Shown: positions 41,416 through 53,278 of the stretch, piece after piece
Layout of the letters: each line of letters starts with the position of its first letter
How positions within the stretch are numbered: the stretch's first letter is position 1
Assembly (NCBI GenBank): GCA_963833985.1
Contig: CAWIAD010000001.1
Location: forward strand, 384,001 to 448,000
Direction: 5' to 3'
DNA: 64,000 nt
Source: an uncultured Planctomycetaceae bacterium
Lineage (GTDB): Bacteria; Planctomycetota; Planctomycetia; Isosphaerales; Isosphaeraceae
Position numbers and translations under genes: made by a program
The notes under the pieces: generated by a model
The model's database searches: none
What the model saw: the letters and a program-made list of their open reading frames with translations, nothing else
Told to the model about the DNA's origin: nothing

Positions 41416-43698
41416 TTGGCAAGCTCCTTTTCTCTTCATCCCCTCCAATTGATGCTTCCCGCCGATCGCAGCACCTGGATCATCGCCCTGATCGGCAACC
41501 CGAACACGGGGAAGTCCACGCTCTTCGGCGCCCTTTCCGGTATCCCCCAGCGCGTGGGAAACTATCCCGGCGTGACCGTGGAGAAAACGGTTGGTGCGGT
41601 AGCGCACGCCGGCAGCCGCTGGACGCTGGTGGACCTACCGGGAACCTACAGCCTGGCTCCCCGATCTCCCGATGAGATGGTCGCGGTCGACGTCTTGCTG
41701 GGCAGGTCGGCCGATCTTCCTGCACCTGACGTCCTGGTGTGCGTGGTGGCGGCGAACAACCTAGAGCGCAACCTTTACCTCGTCAGCCAGGTGCTCGAGC
41801 TCGGTCTGCCCGTGGTCATCGCTCTGTCCATGCTCGACGTGGCGCACGATGATGGGCTGGAGGTTGATCCCGCCCGCCTGAGCCGTCAGCTCGGCCTTCC
41901 TGTCGTGCCGGTCCAGGCGCATCGCCGCCTGGGATTGGACGAGCTCAAGGACGCAATTGCAGAGGCCGCGAAGCAACCCGGCGCGAGTCCCGCGAGTCCG
42001 TTCCCGGCTGCATTTCGTGCCGAGGTGCAAGAGCTCGAAGCGCTGCTCGCCACAGCCAACGGGCATGCCGGGGAGCACCACTTGCCCCGCTACCTCGTCG
42101 AGCGGTTGTTGCTGGATACCGGCGGCTACATCGAGAGCCACCTTCCCGCTCTGACGAGCCGACCGACCGTGCGCGACATGCTTGCGCAGGCGCGCGAAAG
42201 GTTGAGCCAGGCCGGTTTCCCGGTTCCGGCCGTCGAGACCATGGCCCGCTACGCCTGGGTGTCGCGCGTGCTCGAAGGTGTGGTCGTTCATCCCGCCGAG
42301 CCGGCAAGCACCTGGGGAGACCGCCTCGATGCGATCCTGACGCACCGCGCCTGGGGCCTGCTGGCGCTCGCGGTGGTCTTGCTTCTGGTCTTCAGCGCTG
42401 TCTTCTCCTGGGCACGATGGCCCATGGAAGGGATCGAGGCGGCGATCGGCTGGCTCTCGGTACAGGCCGAGACCCGGCTGCCGGACGGCCCGTTGCGCAG
42501 CTTGCTGGTGGACGGCGTGATTGGGGGCATCGGCGCGGTGGTGATCTTCTTGCCCCAGATCTTCATCCTCTTCCTGATGCTCACGAGCCTGGAAGAATGC
42601 GGATACCTTGCGCGTGCCGCGTACCTGATGGATCGGGTGATGGTCCGGTTCGGGCTCAGCGGCAGGTCGTTCATCCCCTTGCTCTCCTCGTTCGCCTGTG
42701 CGATTCCGGCCGTGATGGCCGCGCGGGTCATCGAGAACCGGCGCGACCGGTTGACCACCATCCTCATCGCCCCGCTCATGAGCTGCTCCGCCCGCTTGCC
42801 GGTGTACACGCTGATGATCGCCGCGTTCATTCCCGACCGCAGGTTCGCGGGGGGACTGATCGGTCTCCAGGGCCTCGTCCTGCTGGCGATGTACGTGCTG
42901 GGCGTGGTGGTGGCCGCCGTTGTGGCACTGGTCCTGAAGCGAACCCTGCTCCGAGGTGCCGCTCCGCCGTTCCTCATGGAGTTGCCCGCCTACAAGTGGC
43001 CCGCGCCGGGGGTCGTGCTGCACCGGATGTTCGACCGGGGCTGGGACTTTCTGCGCAACGCGGGCACGATCATCTTCGCCATCTCCATCGTGATGTGGGG
43101 TGCGCTCTATTACCCGCGCATCTCCCCGCGTGACCTGGCGCCGCTGGCCGCGGAGCAGGCGCGCCTGGAGCACGAGCGCGACGACGCCCGGACCGCCGGC
43201 CACGTGGAGGCAGCGCAGCGCGCGAGCGCCTCTCTGACGGCCATCGCCAACCGCGTCGAGGGCGCCGAGAAGCGCCAGAGCCTGCTTGGCCGCGTGGGCC
43301 GGCTCATCGAGCCCGCCGTGCGGCCGCTCGGTTGGGACTGGCGCATCGGCAGCGCGGTCATCGCCTCGTTCCCCGCACGCGAGGTCGTGGTCGCCACCCT
43401 CGGGGTGATCTTCGACGTCGGCCGCGACATGGATACGCCCGAAGGAACGCAGAAGCTGGGCGACGCTCTTCGCTCGGCCTGCTGGGCCGACACCGGCCGG
43501 CCGCTGTTCGACGTTCCCGTCGCGCTCTCGATCATGGTCTTCTTCGCCCTTTGCGCCGAGTGTGTCTCCACGCTTGCCGTCATCGGCCGCGAGACGGGTG
43601 GCTGGGGCTGGCCCGCGTTCACCTTCTGTTACATGACGGTGCTGGCCTACGCGGGAGCGTTTCTCATCTACCAGGCCACGCACTGGCTGGGAGCGTGA
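41416..43698 (+). CDS. feoB: Ferrous iron transport protein B
   Basis: GNPNTGKST, VGNYPGVTVE, DLPGTYSL, GYLARAA, SCSARLPVY and AREVVV. Confidence 0.96.
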   Translation: MASSFSLHPLQLMLPADRSTWIIALIGNPNTGKSTLFGALSGIPQRVGNYPGVTVEKTVGAVAHAGSRWTLVDLPGTYSLAPRSPDEMVAVDVLLGRSADLPAPDVLVCVVAANNLERNLYLVSQVLELGLPVVIALSMLDVAHDDGLEVDPARLSRQLGLPVVPVQAHRRLGLDELKDAIAEAAKQPGASPASPFPAAFRAEVQELEALLATANGHAGEHHLPRYLVERLLLDTGGYIESHLPALTSRPTVRDMLAQARERLSQAGFPVPAVETMARYAWVSRVLEGVVVHPAEPASTWGDRLDAILTHRAWGLLALAVVLLLVFSAVFSWARWPMEGIEAAIGWLSVQAETRLPDGPLRSLLVDGVIGGIGAVVIFLPQIFILFLMLTSLEECGYLARAAYLMDRVMVRFGLSGRSFIPLLSSFACAIPAVMAARVIENRRDRLTTILIAPLMSCSARLPVYTLMIAAFIPDRRFAGGLIGLQGLVLLAMYVLGVVVAAVVALVLKRTLLRGAAPPFLMELPAYKWPAPGVVLHRMFDRGWDFLRNAGTIIFAISIVMWGALYYPRISPRDLAPLAAEQARLEHERDDARTAGHVEAAQRASASLTAIANRVEGAEKRQSLLGRVGRLIEPAVRPLGWDWRIGSAVIASFPAREVVVATLGVIFDVGRDMDTPEGTQKLGDALRSACWADTGRPLFDVPVALSIMVFFALCAECVSTLAVIGRETGGWGWPAFTFCYMTVLAYAGAFLIYQATHWLGA

Positions 43699-43701
43699 TC
43701 C

Positions 43702-43920
43702 GTGATCGAGAGCTGGCAAGACGTCGCGGCCCTGGGAGTCGTTGGCAGCGCGGTCCTGTACCTTGCCCGGCTGGCCTGGCGGGCCGCGCTGAGCCGTGGG
43801 ACGGGCGGCTGCGGCACGGGCTGCACGAAGTGCACGAGCCGCGCAGAAGTTGCCGGCGCAGCGCCCGGCGAGCCCGCACAGGTGGTCTCGATCGGCCCGC
43901 TCCATCAAGGACGAGCGTGA
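43702..43920 (+). CDS. FeoB-associated Cys-rich membrane protein
   Basis: TM helix followed by CGTGCTKC; directly after feoB. Confidence 0.8.
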   Translation: MIESWQDVAALGVVGSAVLYLARLAWRAALSRGTGGCGTGCTKCTSRAEVAGAAPGEPAQVVSIGPLHQGRA

Positions 43921-44094
43921 ACCCTCACCGGGACGTGAGCGCTGGGCCGGGCCGGAGCCAGCGTTTCCTGAAGCGCATCGGGAGATCCTTCCCGCATGGA
44001 CTAGCCCCTTGACACTGGTGGATGGTGCTTGTTTGATGCATCCAGCGTGCAAGCCTGGAAACAACGCCTCTCCCGAAAGCATCCGCCCACAACC

Positions 44095-45486
44095 ATGAGC
44101 ACTGAAACCAAGACATCTCCCGGCCAGCTTCCCGGATACATCGCCAGCGCAACGCCGAATCCTCCCGCGAACCGAGCGCCGTGGTACAAGAACACCGCGC
44201 CCACCTACGCTGGGATCTTCCTCTGGTTCGTGTTCTGGGACTCGATCGCGGGGAATGCTCTGGCGGCAGGCGGGCTGGGCGCAACGCTTCTGGGGATCTT
44301 GCTGGGTGCGCTCATTTGCCACTTCCTTTTCTACCTGGTGCCCGGCCTGCTGGGCATGAAGACGGGGTTGCCGCTCTACGTCGTGGGCACGTCCACCTTC
44401 GGGGCCATCGGCGGGCTGATCATGCCGGGGCTGCTCATGGGCGTGCTCCAGTTCGGCTGGCTGGGAGTCAATACGTTCGGGTCCTCCGACGCGCTCTCGA
44501 GAGGTCTGGGCGTGCCGGGGCTGTACATTCCGCTCTGCATCGTCTGGGCGCTCGGGGCGGCATTCGTGGGGCTCAAGGGAATTCAGTACGTCGCCAGGAT
44601 CGCCACCTTCCTGCCGCTGATTCCGCTGGCCGTCCTGATCATCGGGCTGGTGCTCTTCGCCGGCTCCGCGGCCAGCTACACGCCTCCGGCTCCCGCGGAG
44701 GGGCAGCCGGGCGGCGGCTTGCAGGCGATCCTGCTCATGGTCTCGGGCATCGTGGGGTTCTTCGCCACGGCCGGCGCGGCGGGCGTTGATTTCGGCATGA
44801 ACAGCCGTGATGGCGACGATGTGCAAAAGGGTGGTTACGTCGGCATCATCGCGGCGATCCTGCTCACGGCCGGCATCGCGGCGATTGCCCTGGCAGGCGC
44901 CCGGGCAGCGGCGGGTGCCGAGGGCGGGGTGGCCCAGGTGACCGATGCGCTCGCGACCAGGCTACCTTCCAGCTTCTACGCCCTGGTGATGATCGGGCTG
45001 ACGCTCGCGGCATTCCCCGGCGCCTGCTTCTCGTCGTTCATCGCGGCGAACAGCTTCAAGACCGTGATGCCGAAGATCAATCCGTTCCTGTCCGTCGGCA
45101 TGGGTGCGATCGTCAGCATCCTGCTGGCCACGATCAGGCTGCCAGGATCGGACAAGCCGATCGCCGCCAACCTGCCCGGCGTCTTCGGCATCATCGGCGC
45201 GTCGTTCGGGCCGATCTGCGGTGCCATGGTGGCCGATTACCTGCTGGCAGGCAGACGCTGGTCCGGTCCGCGCGCCGGATTCAACCCGGCCGGCTGGATC
45301 GCCTGGGCGCTCGGGTTCGTGGTCGGGATCTTGCCCAACCTCCACGGCATGAACGCCGCGATACCCGATGTACCCGCCGCCCCGGTGGCCGCCTTCATCG
45401 TTGGCTTTGCGGTCTACTTCGCCTGTGCCAGGATCGGCCTGATCTCCTCGGTCGTGCCGATGCCGAACCGTGCGGATGCCGCGTGA
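44095..45486 (+). CDS. Cytosine/purine permease (NCS1/CodB-like)
   Basis: About 12 TM helices; LGMKTGLPL..STFG, QFGW, FGPICG..ADY and GFNPAG..AW. Confidence 0.85.
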   Translation: MSTETKTSPGQLPGYIASATPNPPANRAPWYKNTAPTYAGIFLWFVFWDSIAGNALAAGGLGATLLGILLGALICHFLFYLVPGLLGMKTGLPLYVVGTSTFGAIGGLIMPGLLMGVLQFGWLGVNTFGSSDALSRGLGVPGLYIPLCIVWALGAAFVGLKGIQYVARIATFLPLIPLAVLIIGLVLFAGSAASYTPPAPAEGQPGGGLQAILLMVSGIVGFFATAGAAGVDFGMNSRDGDDVQKGGYVGIIAAILLTAGIAAIALAGARAAAGAEGGVAQVTDALATRLPSSFYALVMIGLTLAAFPGACFSSFIAANSFKTVMPKINPFLSVGMGAIVSILLATIRLPGSDKPIAANLPGVFGIIGASFGPICGAMVADYLLAGRRWSGPRAGFNPAGWIAWALGFVVGILPNLHGMNAAIPDVPAAPVAAFIVGFAVYFACARIGLISSVVPMPNRADAA

Positions 45487-45501
45487 GCGGTGCGGGGGCT
45501 G

Positions 45502-46236
45502 CTACTGCGCGATGAGCGTGGCGATCAACCCGGGCGGCTTCGTTCCTGGAACCACCACGCGGTCGCCGGGGAAGAGCTGGTAGTTCGTGAGCGTGTCGCC
45601 GCGTTCCCGGATCCCGCACCAGTCGATCTTGAGCACCTGGTCGGGAGTGCCCGGCGGGTGCGGACGCACCAGGTAAGCCTTCTCCGGCAGGCTGTTCGAC
45701 CGCAGCCCGGCCTGGAGGATCGCGTCCAGCACGGTCTCGTTCCCCTTGATCGGGAACCGTCCCTGGGTGGTCACCGCGCCCATCACGTAATAGTACTTGC
45801 TCTGCACGTTCGCCAGGCGGACCGAGACCCGATATGGCTGGTCGATCTTCTGTCCCTGTTGCATGGCAACCGCACGGAGCTGCTGCGCGATCTTCTGCTC
45901 GACTTGCTCCAGCGTGAGCCCGACGACATACACATCACCGGCGAAGCCCAGGTCGATCACGCCGTCCTGCTGGACCGTGAAGGAACCTGGATTCCAGTCT
46001 GGTGGCATGGGCCGGACCGCGATGTCCAGCTCATCGGGCGGCTCGACGACGTACGTTGGCATCGTCACCTTGTCGAGCTCGCGGGCCTGCTGAGGGTCGA
46101 TGTAGCCGTGATCGGGGATACGTCTGGCTTCGTGCTTACGTCCGGTCCCCGCACAGCCGGGAACCAGCACGAGCCAGACCGCCGCGACAAGCGCGCAGAT
46201 GCGCCGGGGTTGGGCGGAATGCATCCCTGCGATCAT
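45502..46236 (-). CDS. Polysaccharide export (Wza/SLBB) lipoprotein
   Basis: Lipobox VPGC; YVVEPPDEL, VQQDG.IDL, GNETVLDAI and NYQLFPGDRV. Confidence 0.88.
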   Translation of the reverse strand: MIAGMHSAQPRRICALVAAVWLVLVPGCAGTGRKHEARRIPDHGYIDPQQARELDKVTMPTYVVEPPDELDIAVRPMPPDWNPGSFTVQQDGVIDLGFAGDVYVVGLTLEQVEQKIAQQLRAVAMQQGQKIDQPYRVSVRLANVQSKYYYVMGAVTTQGRFPIKGNETVLDAILQAGLRSNSLPEKAYLVRPHPPGTPDQVLKIDWCGIRERGDTLTNYQLFPGDRVVVPGTKPPGLIATLIAQ

Positions 46237-46469
46237 GGAACTGGAACCTCGTGGATCGTTTGTGGTCCTGTCGCGGCTTCCCCCGTCCAGTGCGGTCGCA
46301 CTCCGATCAAGACCGTTCGGCCAGCGCTACTCTACGTATTCGGCAAACTCTCACAACGGCATCAGCGAAAGTTCGAGATTGACCAAAGTTTCTTGCCCGG
46401 ATACCGTACCCGCGCTCGGTGGCCCGGGCAGGTGGACGATTTACGAACGCAGACAATGCAGAGGCCGTC

Positions 46470-46727
46470 ATGGAAGACATTGAAAAGGTCGTGCATGGCT
46501 ACATCTTGAACGAGTTCTTGCCCGGGGAGGACCCCGCGGAACTGACCTCGCGCACCCCGCTGATCACAGGCGGGATCCTGGACTCGATCACGACGCTCAA
46601 GCTGGTGGTCTTCCTTGAAGAACACTTCGGCATCACGGTCGAGGCCTACGAGGCCGGCGTCGAGCACCTGGACTCGATCGGCCAGATCGCCCGGCTGGTC
46701 GCCGAGAAGGCGAAGGCGGCCGCCTGA
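46470..46727 (+). CDS. Acyl carrier protein
   Basis: GILDSITTLKLV.FLEEHFGI phosphopantetheine motif; small acidic protein. Confidence 0.88.
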   Translation: MEDIEKVVHGYILNEFLPGEDPAELTSRTPLITGGILDSITTLKLVVFLEEHFGITVEAYEAGVEHLDSIGQIARLVAEKAKAAA

Positions 46728-46756
46728 TACGTGGAAACCTTGGCATGAATTCGCGT

Positions 46757-46873
46757 GTAGGGTGTGCCCAGCGCAGCGACGACGCACCATGCCGTTCCCA
46801 CGAACAGCGTGCCAGGTGTGGATCCGGCTCAATGAGCAATTCGGTGCGTCGTCGCAGCGCTGGACGCACCCTC
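46757..46873. repeat. GTAG-type REP doublet (inverted pair)
   Basis: GTAGGGTGTGCCCAGCGCAGCGACGACGCACC ... GGTGCGTCGTCGCAGCGCTGGACGCACCCTC between convergent genes. Confidence 0.85.
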
Positions 46874-46989
46874 CCAGCCAGCACCGTGGGACCCACCAAT
46901 CCGGTCGAATCGCCAATGCGGCCAGGGACAATTCCGGTCCATTCGAGGGCGTTCAATCGGCCGGGGCGGCGAGTGAGCGGCCGGGCGGG

Positions 46990-48613
46990 TCAAATCTCTT
47001 GCAGCACCAGGCTGCTCTGGCGCAGGTACTGAACCAGCTCACGGGTGAGCGTGCCGGAATTGTCCATGCGCGGCACCTTGTTCTGGCCGCCCAGCTTGCC
47101 GCGGGACTGCATCCAGGAGTTGAACGATCCCGGCCGGGCGACGATGAGCGACGGCAAGGGGAGGCCCACTCCCGCGCGCGATGGGCCAGGTAGTCGGCGT
47201 TGCGGCGCGCGAGGTCCGCGTCGAGCCGCCGGAGGAAGTCCTCGGGGCCGGCGGGCCTGTCGAGGAACTCGATGACGTACTGGTGATATCCCAGCGCTCC
47301 CTCGAAGACCGGGCCGACATGCCACTCGCGGACGGCCGCGCCGGTACCGGCGGAGGCAGCCGCGATGGCCGCCTCGATCTCCTCGCTGATGAGATGCTCG
47401 CCGAATGCGGAAAGCGTGTATCGCGTCCGCCCCGTGAAGGTGAAAAGCGGCGGGTCGAGCGACTCGAACCGCACCGTGTCGCCGATGATGTGCGCCCACA
47501 TCCCCGCGCACGTGGAGACCACGATCGCGTAATTCACTCCCTGCTGCGCCGACCCCAGCCAGTGCCGTGTCGGGCTCGGCGCATCGAGCTCTGCCACGGG
47601 CACGAACTCGTAGAAGAGCCCGTGGTCAACGATCAGCCGCAAGAGCTCGGTCTTCGGGTCGCCAAACGCGATGAACCCCTCGGAGCAGGGATAGGTTTCC
47701 TGGAGGCGGATCTGCGGACTTCCCAGGATTTTCTCGAAGGCCGAGCGGTACGGGTCGAATTTGACCCCGCCGTGAACGACCAGCTCCAGGTCGGGCCAGA
47801 CCGCGGCGATGCTCGAGGCCCCGGTACGCTCGAGCACGCGTTCGAAGAGCGTCAGCAGCCAGCTCGGAACACCGCTGATCAGGGTGATTCGTTCACGAAT
47901 GCTCAACTCAGCGAAACGCGCCAGCTTCGTCTCCCAGTTGGATTCGAGCGCCAGTGCCACCGGAGGAAATGTGTAGGGCGCAGCAGCGGAGAGAGTTCCA
48001 GGGCCGCGATGCCGCTCAGGTCGCCCTGGCGCACGCCGGGCGCGGGCTCTTCCAGGAGGGCCGTTCCACCCAGGAAGAAGAGGCGGCCGTGAAAGAGCCG
48101 GGAATCCGGCCGGGCAGCCAGGTGCGCGGCCACCATGGTCTGGGCCGCCTTGCGGTTCGAGACGACCATCTCGCGGGAGACCGGGATGTACTTGGTGGCG
48201 CCCTGGGTGGTTCCGCTGGTCAGTGCCAGGAACGGGATGCGGCCCGGCCATGTGAGGTTCTCGAAGACCGGATAGCTGAGGCGGAGATAATCGTCCCAGA
48301 GCGCCTCGTAGGTTCGCAGGGGAACGGCTTTCTGGAACCCGTCGATGCCGTCGATGCGATCGAACCCGTGGTCGCGGCCGAACCGCGTGCCGCGGGCGGT
48401 ACGCACCAGCCTGAGCAGGGTCCGCTCCTGGGCGCTGCGGGCATCGAGCGTCTCCAGGGTAGACCGGCGCAGCCGCGCATGCAGGTGGAACCCGGCATTG
48501 ACCAGGTGCCGGACCGGGCGAGACCCGGCGAGACGTACGACCGTCGCACTGGTGTTCGCAAGCTCCCGGTGCGGCGGTCGATCGACGGACTCAGGCGCTA
48601 CGGTGCTGTTCAT
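46990..48613 (-). CDS. GH3 family acyl-acid amido synthetase, frameshifts at ~47970 and ~47175
   Basis: TSGTT..KYIP, SGVPSW, YPCSEGF, IGDTVRF, GRT..FGE and GKLGGQNKVPR across three ORFs. Confidence 0.9.
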
Positions 48614-48619
48614 CGCCGG

Positions 48620-49198
48620 TTAGATCTGCGGTTTGACCCTCCGGCAGAAATACGCGCCGGCCGGGGGCAGGTTGCGAGGCTCGAAAGCGAACCGGACCTC
48701 TTCGAAGAACCGGCGGTAGAACCGGAGATAGACCCAGGGAAGCTCGGTGATCTGGTTGAACGTCCCCTCCGGCTTGAGGACCTGGCGAACCACCCGGAAA
48801 AGGTCGAACTGGAGCGCGCGCGGGAAGGAGGGCACGGGTAAGCCGGAGACGATGTAGTCGGCCTGGCCAATGCCCCGGTCGGCCAGAATCGCGGCCAGGT
48901 CGCGCACATCGCCCTCGACGATCTCCAGGCCGCCGGTGCCCGGGAAGCGCTGGCGGAGCAGCGTGCAGAAGTCGGGGTCGCGCTCCAGCACCAGCACTCG
49001 GCAGCCGGGCACGGCACGGGCGGCGAGCACCCGGGTGATCGGTCCGGTACCAGCGCCCAGCTCGACGATCACCCGCGCGCTGGCCCAGTCGATGTTGCGG
49101 ACCGTGGTGCGCGACAGCCAGGGGCTGCTCGGTGCCAGGCTGGCAATGGCGGTTCCCTGCTTGAGGAACTTGCCCAGGAACAGTGTGAAATCGCTCAT
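48620..49198 (-). CDS. olsG: PmtA-type lipid N-methyltransferase, probable OlsG (ornithine lipid N-methyltransferase) homologue
   Basis: APSSPWL, VELGAGTGPIT, IVSGLP and RNLPPA are rhizobial PmtA-family motifs. The olsG assignment is inferred from taxon and context. Confidence 0.6.
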   Translation of the reverse strand: MSDFTLFLGKFLKQGTAIASLAPSSPWLSRTTVRNIDWASARVIVELGAGTGPITRVLAARAVPGCRVLVLERDPDFCTLLRQRFPGTGGLEIVEGDVRDLAAILADRGIGQADYIVSGLPVPSFPRALQFDLFRVVRQVLKPEGTFNQITELPWVYLRFYRRFFEEVRFAFEPRNLPPAGAYFCRRVKPQI

Positions 49199-49246
49199 CG
49201 TGACTTTGTGAACCCCGGCTCCGCGGACGCAAGGCCGGCCTCTGGA

Positions 49247-50149
49247 TCACAGGCTCCCGTGTACCGGCCGCGACAGACTGGTGGCGATTCGAGACTTCGG
49301 CTTGGGCCGGCGGGCACGCTCCAGGAAGCGCTGGGGATCCAGCGTCGGGGGAACGACCTTGAGCTTGTCCTTGAGGTAGCGGACCACCAGTTGATTCACC
49401 AGGCGGGCCTTCTCGATCTGTGGCGCGTGGCCGCATTTGGGGATGACGACCTGACGGACCTTGAGGATCGCGTCGGCCGCGCGGATCGACCCGGGCACGT
49501 CGGAGATTACCAGGTCTCCCGCGCCCCAGATCACCAGTGTCGGGTGCGGCACGAGAGGGAGCAGGTCAGCCACCGAGTGGCCCACGGTACCCCGCAGGGT
49601 CCGCAGCACGCCCTTCTTCCACTTGCGGTCCTGAAACTTACGCTCGAACGCCTTGACAAGGTCTTCAGTGGCGAACCGTCCCTTGTGGAAGACCGACTTG
49701 ACCAGCGTGTCATACTGGCTGCGCTTCACGCCTTCCATGGCTGGCAAGTTCTCGTCTCCGTGAAATCCCGACGGGCAGATCAGCACCAGGCGGGAAACGC
49801 GCTCCGGGTGTTTCACGGCGTACTTGAGAATGACCTGGCACCCCAGGCTCGATCCCACCAGGTGGTAGGGAGGACGCTGCACGAACTGGTCCAGGTACAC
49901 CGCGAGCTGGTCGGCCAGGTAGTCGATACTGACCTCGCCTCCCGCATCAATGTGGGCATGCAGCGTATCACCGTCGTACACGAGGATCTCGGGGACCTTC
50001 ACGTCGAAATGGCGCGACAGGTGGCTCCTGTTGGCGAACCAGCTCTCGGGCTGCTCGGCCAGTCCGTTAACCAGGACAAGCGGTGCCCTGCGTTTGTATG
50101 TATGCAGCAGGCGGGGTAGGTCGAACCACTTGCGAACGTTGGGAGGCAT
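49247..50149 (-). CDS. Alpha/beta hydrolase or acyltransferase
   Basis: LVNG, GSSLG nucleophile elbow, WGAGD and GHAPQIE. Confidence 0.88.
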   Translation of the reverse strand: MPPNVRKWFDLPRLLHTYKRRAPLVLVNGLAEQPESWFANRSHLSRHFDVKVPEILVYDGDTLHAHIDAGGEVSIDYLADQLAVYLDQFVQRPPYHLVGSSLGCQVILKYAVKHPERVSRLVLICPSGFHGDENLPAMEGVKRSQYDTLVKSVFHKGRFATEDLVKAFERKFQDRKWKKGVLRTLRGTVGHSVADLLPLVPHPTLVIWGAGDLVISDVPGSIRAADAILKVRQVVIPKCGHAPQIEKARLVNQLVVRYLKDKLKVVPPTLDPQRFLERARRPKPKSRIATSLSRPVHGSL

Positions 50150-50503
50150 GATCTGCCGGGGCTCCTGGTGGACGCGACAAGGCCGGTGACAGGCCGAGCG
50201 TCTCTGCTCGCGAGAATTCAGCAACTCATGGTTCATACCGCATATCAACTGTAAAGAAGCTACCACGAGCATCACGCGAGTCCAACAGCCTGGCGAGCGG
50301 GTTCATCGTAAATTCATGTGCGTGCACTGCACTTTGTGCAGGTGCCGCAAGGTTGCTCGAATTCCATGGGCTGCTTGACGTTCGCCCGGACCGCACTAAA
50401 AGATAGGTGGCGGAAGTCTGGCCGGTCCATGCCGTGACCGGCTGATCATCGTCCGCTTGCTGTCCTGTGCGCCCGCGCGAGCGGCGGAACTGGGAGTCCG
50501 ATC

Positions 50504-51523
50504 ATGAGAGTCTTCATCACCGGCGGTTCGGGTCTCATCGGCCGCCACCTGGCCAGCGCCCTGGTCGGGTCGGGACATCAGCCCGTGATCCTCTCGCGGC
50601 ATGCCGACGCCGTGCGGCGAAAGCCGGAATTCCGCAGCTACCAGGTCGTCCAGGGGGACCCGACCACCGAAGGCCGCTGGCAGGAGGAGGTTGACGGCTG
50701 TGACGCGGTCGTGAACCTCGCGGGCCACAACCTTTTCGGGGATCGCTGGAACAGCGAAGTGAAGCGGAAGATCCGTGACAGCCGGGTCCAGGCTACCGAT
50801 CAGGTGGTCGCGGCAATCCGCAAGGCGCGGACGAAGCCCGGGGTCCTGGTGCAGGCCTCCGCCATCGGCTATTACGGTCCGCATGGTGATGAGGAGCTGG
50901 ATGAAACCAGCCCGTCGGGATCGGATTTCCTGGCCGTGGTCTGTCGCGAGTGGGAGCAGGCCGCCGAGCCGGTCCGGGACATGGGGGTGCGCCAGGCCAC
51001 CGTGCGGGTCGGCATCGTCCTGGCACCCGGAGAAGGGGCCCTGGCCTTCATGACCCCGATTTTCAAGCTCGGGCCGGGAGCGCCCATCGGCAGTGGCGGA
51101 GGCCTGCTGGGCACGGGGCAGCAATGGATGAGCTGGGTGCACGTCGACGACATCGCCGGGCTCTTCCAGATGGCCGTCGAGAACCCGCAGGCCGCGGGTC
51201 CCATCAACGGTACGGCGCCGGCTCCGGTGCGCAACGCCGAGTTTTCCAGGACACTCTCGGCAGTGCTCCGCAAGCCCTACACGCCCTGGCGGTTCTTCGT
51301 GCCGGTGGGACCGCCGGACTTCGTCCTGAAGCTCATGCTCGGTGAGGTCGCCGGGGTGGTCACCGCCGGCCAGAAGGTTCTGCCGGCCAGGGCCGCGGCG
51401 CTCGGCTACCACTTCCGCTTTGCGGATCTTGAAGCGGCGCTGCGAGACGTCTTCCGGCCCAGGACCGCCCCCGCGTCGCGACGTCATGAAACCGCGGCTG
51501 CCGGGGCCGGGTCGCATCACTGA
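50504..51523 (+). CDS. TIGR01777 family NAD-dependent epimerase
   Basis: TGGSGLIG, VNLAG, SAIGYYG, FLA.VC.EWE and GQQWMSWVH. Confidence 0.93.
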   Translation: MRVFITGGSGLIGRHLASALVGSGHQPVILSRHADAVRRKPEFRSYQVVQGDPTTEGRWQEEVDGCDAVVNLAGHNLFGDRWNSEVKRKIRDSRVQATDQVVAAIRKARTKPGVLVQASAIGYYGPHGDEELDETSPSGSDFLAVVCREWEQAAEPVRDMGVRQATVRVGIVLAPGEGALAFMTPIFKLGPGAPIGSGGGLLGTGQQWMSWVHVDDIAGLFQMAVENPQAAGPINGTAPAPVRNAEFSRTLSAVLRKPYTPWRFFVPVGPPDFVLKLMLGEVAGVVTAGQKVLPARAAALGYHFRFADLEAALRDVFRPRTAPASRRHETAAAGAGSHH

Positions 51524-51554
51524 GCCGGCACGAACGCCTTGACCATGCAGCCGT

Positions 51555-52880
<1,326 letters not shown>

Positions 52881-53278
52881 CAAACCACCCCGCGGCCGGC
52901 TGATCGCACGCCCGGAAATGCCGTGCTGCACTCGCGCCTGTCACTGCTGGCCATCATGCCACCACAACAGCGGCGCATGCCTGAGAGTGATGGTCACAAT
53001 AACAGATTGCCCAGAACCTCTCAATTCTGGGCTATGGCAACACCGAACGCCACACAAAGACATGGAAACCGCGGCACGATCCTTTCCCTGTTGCTCACAA
53101 TCGGCCTCACACCGATCTCCAATGGTCGTTCCGCATGCCGGAGGGGCGGGCCGCGGCGACGAGAATGTTAAGACACGCGCCGCGGACTCGACTCCCTCTT
53201 GCGGCCACCCGCCCTTTGACGGGACCATGGAGTTCTGCCCGGGTGGGGCAGGCCACGGCGAATCGGAAAGGAAAAAAC

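Noticed and set aside
43990..44094. Riboswitch upstream of the nucleobase permease
   Set aside because: There is a TTGACA and a short TGGATG/CATCCA stem, but no purine, TPP or preQ1 consensus was recognisable by eye. An Rfam scan would settle it.
41761..44826. Long antisense ORFs (also 7586..9541, 55035..56810, 59407..61245, 61582..63441)
   Set aside because: These are shadow frames of real genes in high-GC DNA with no recognisable motifs.
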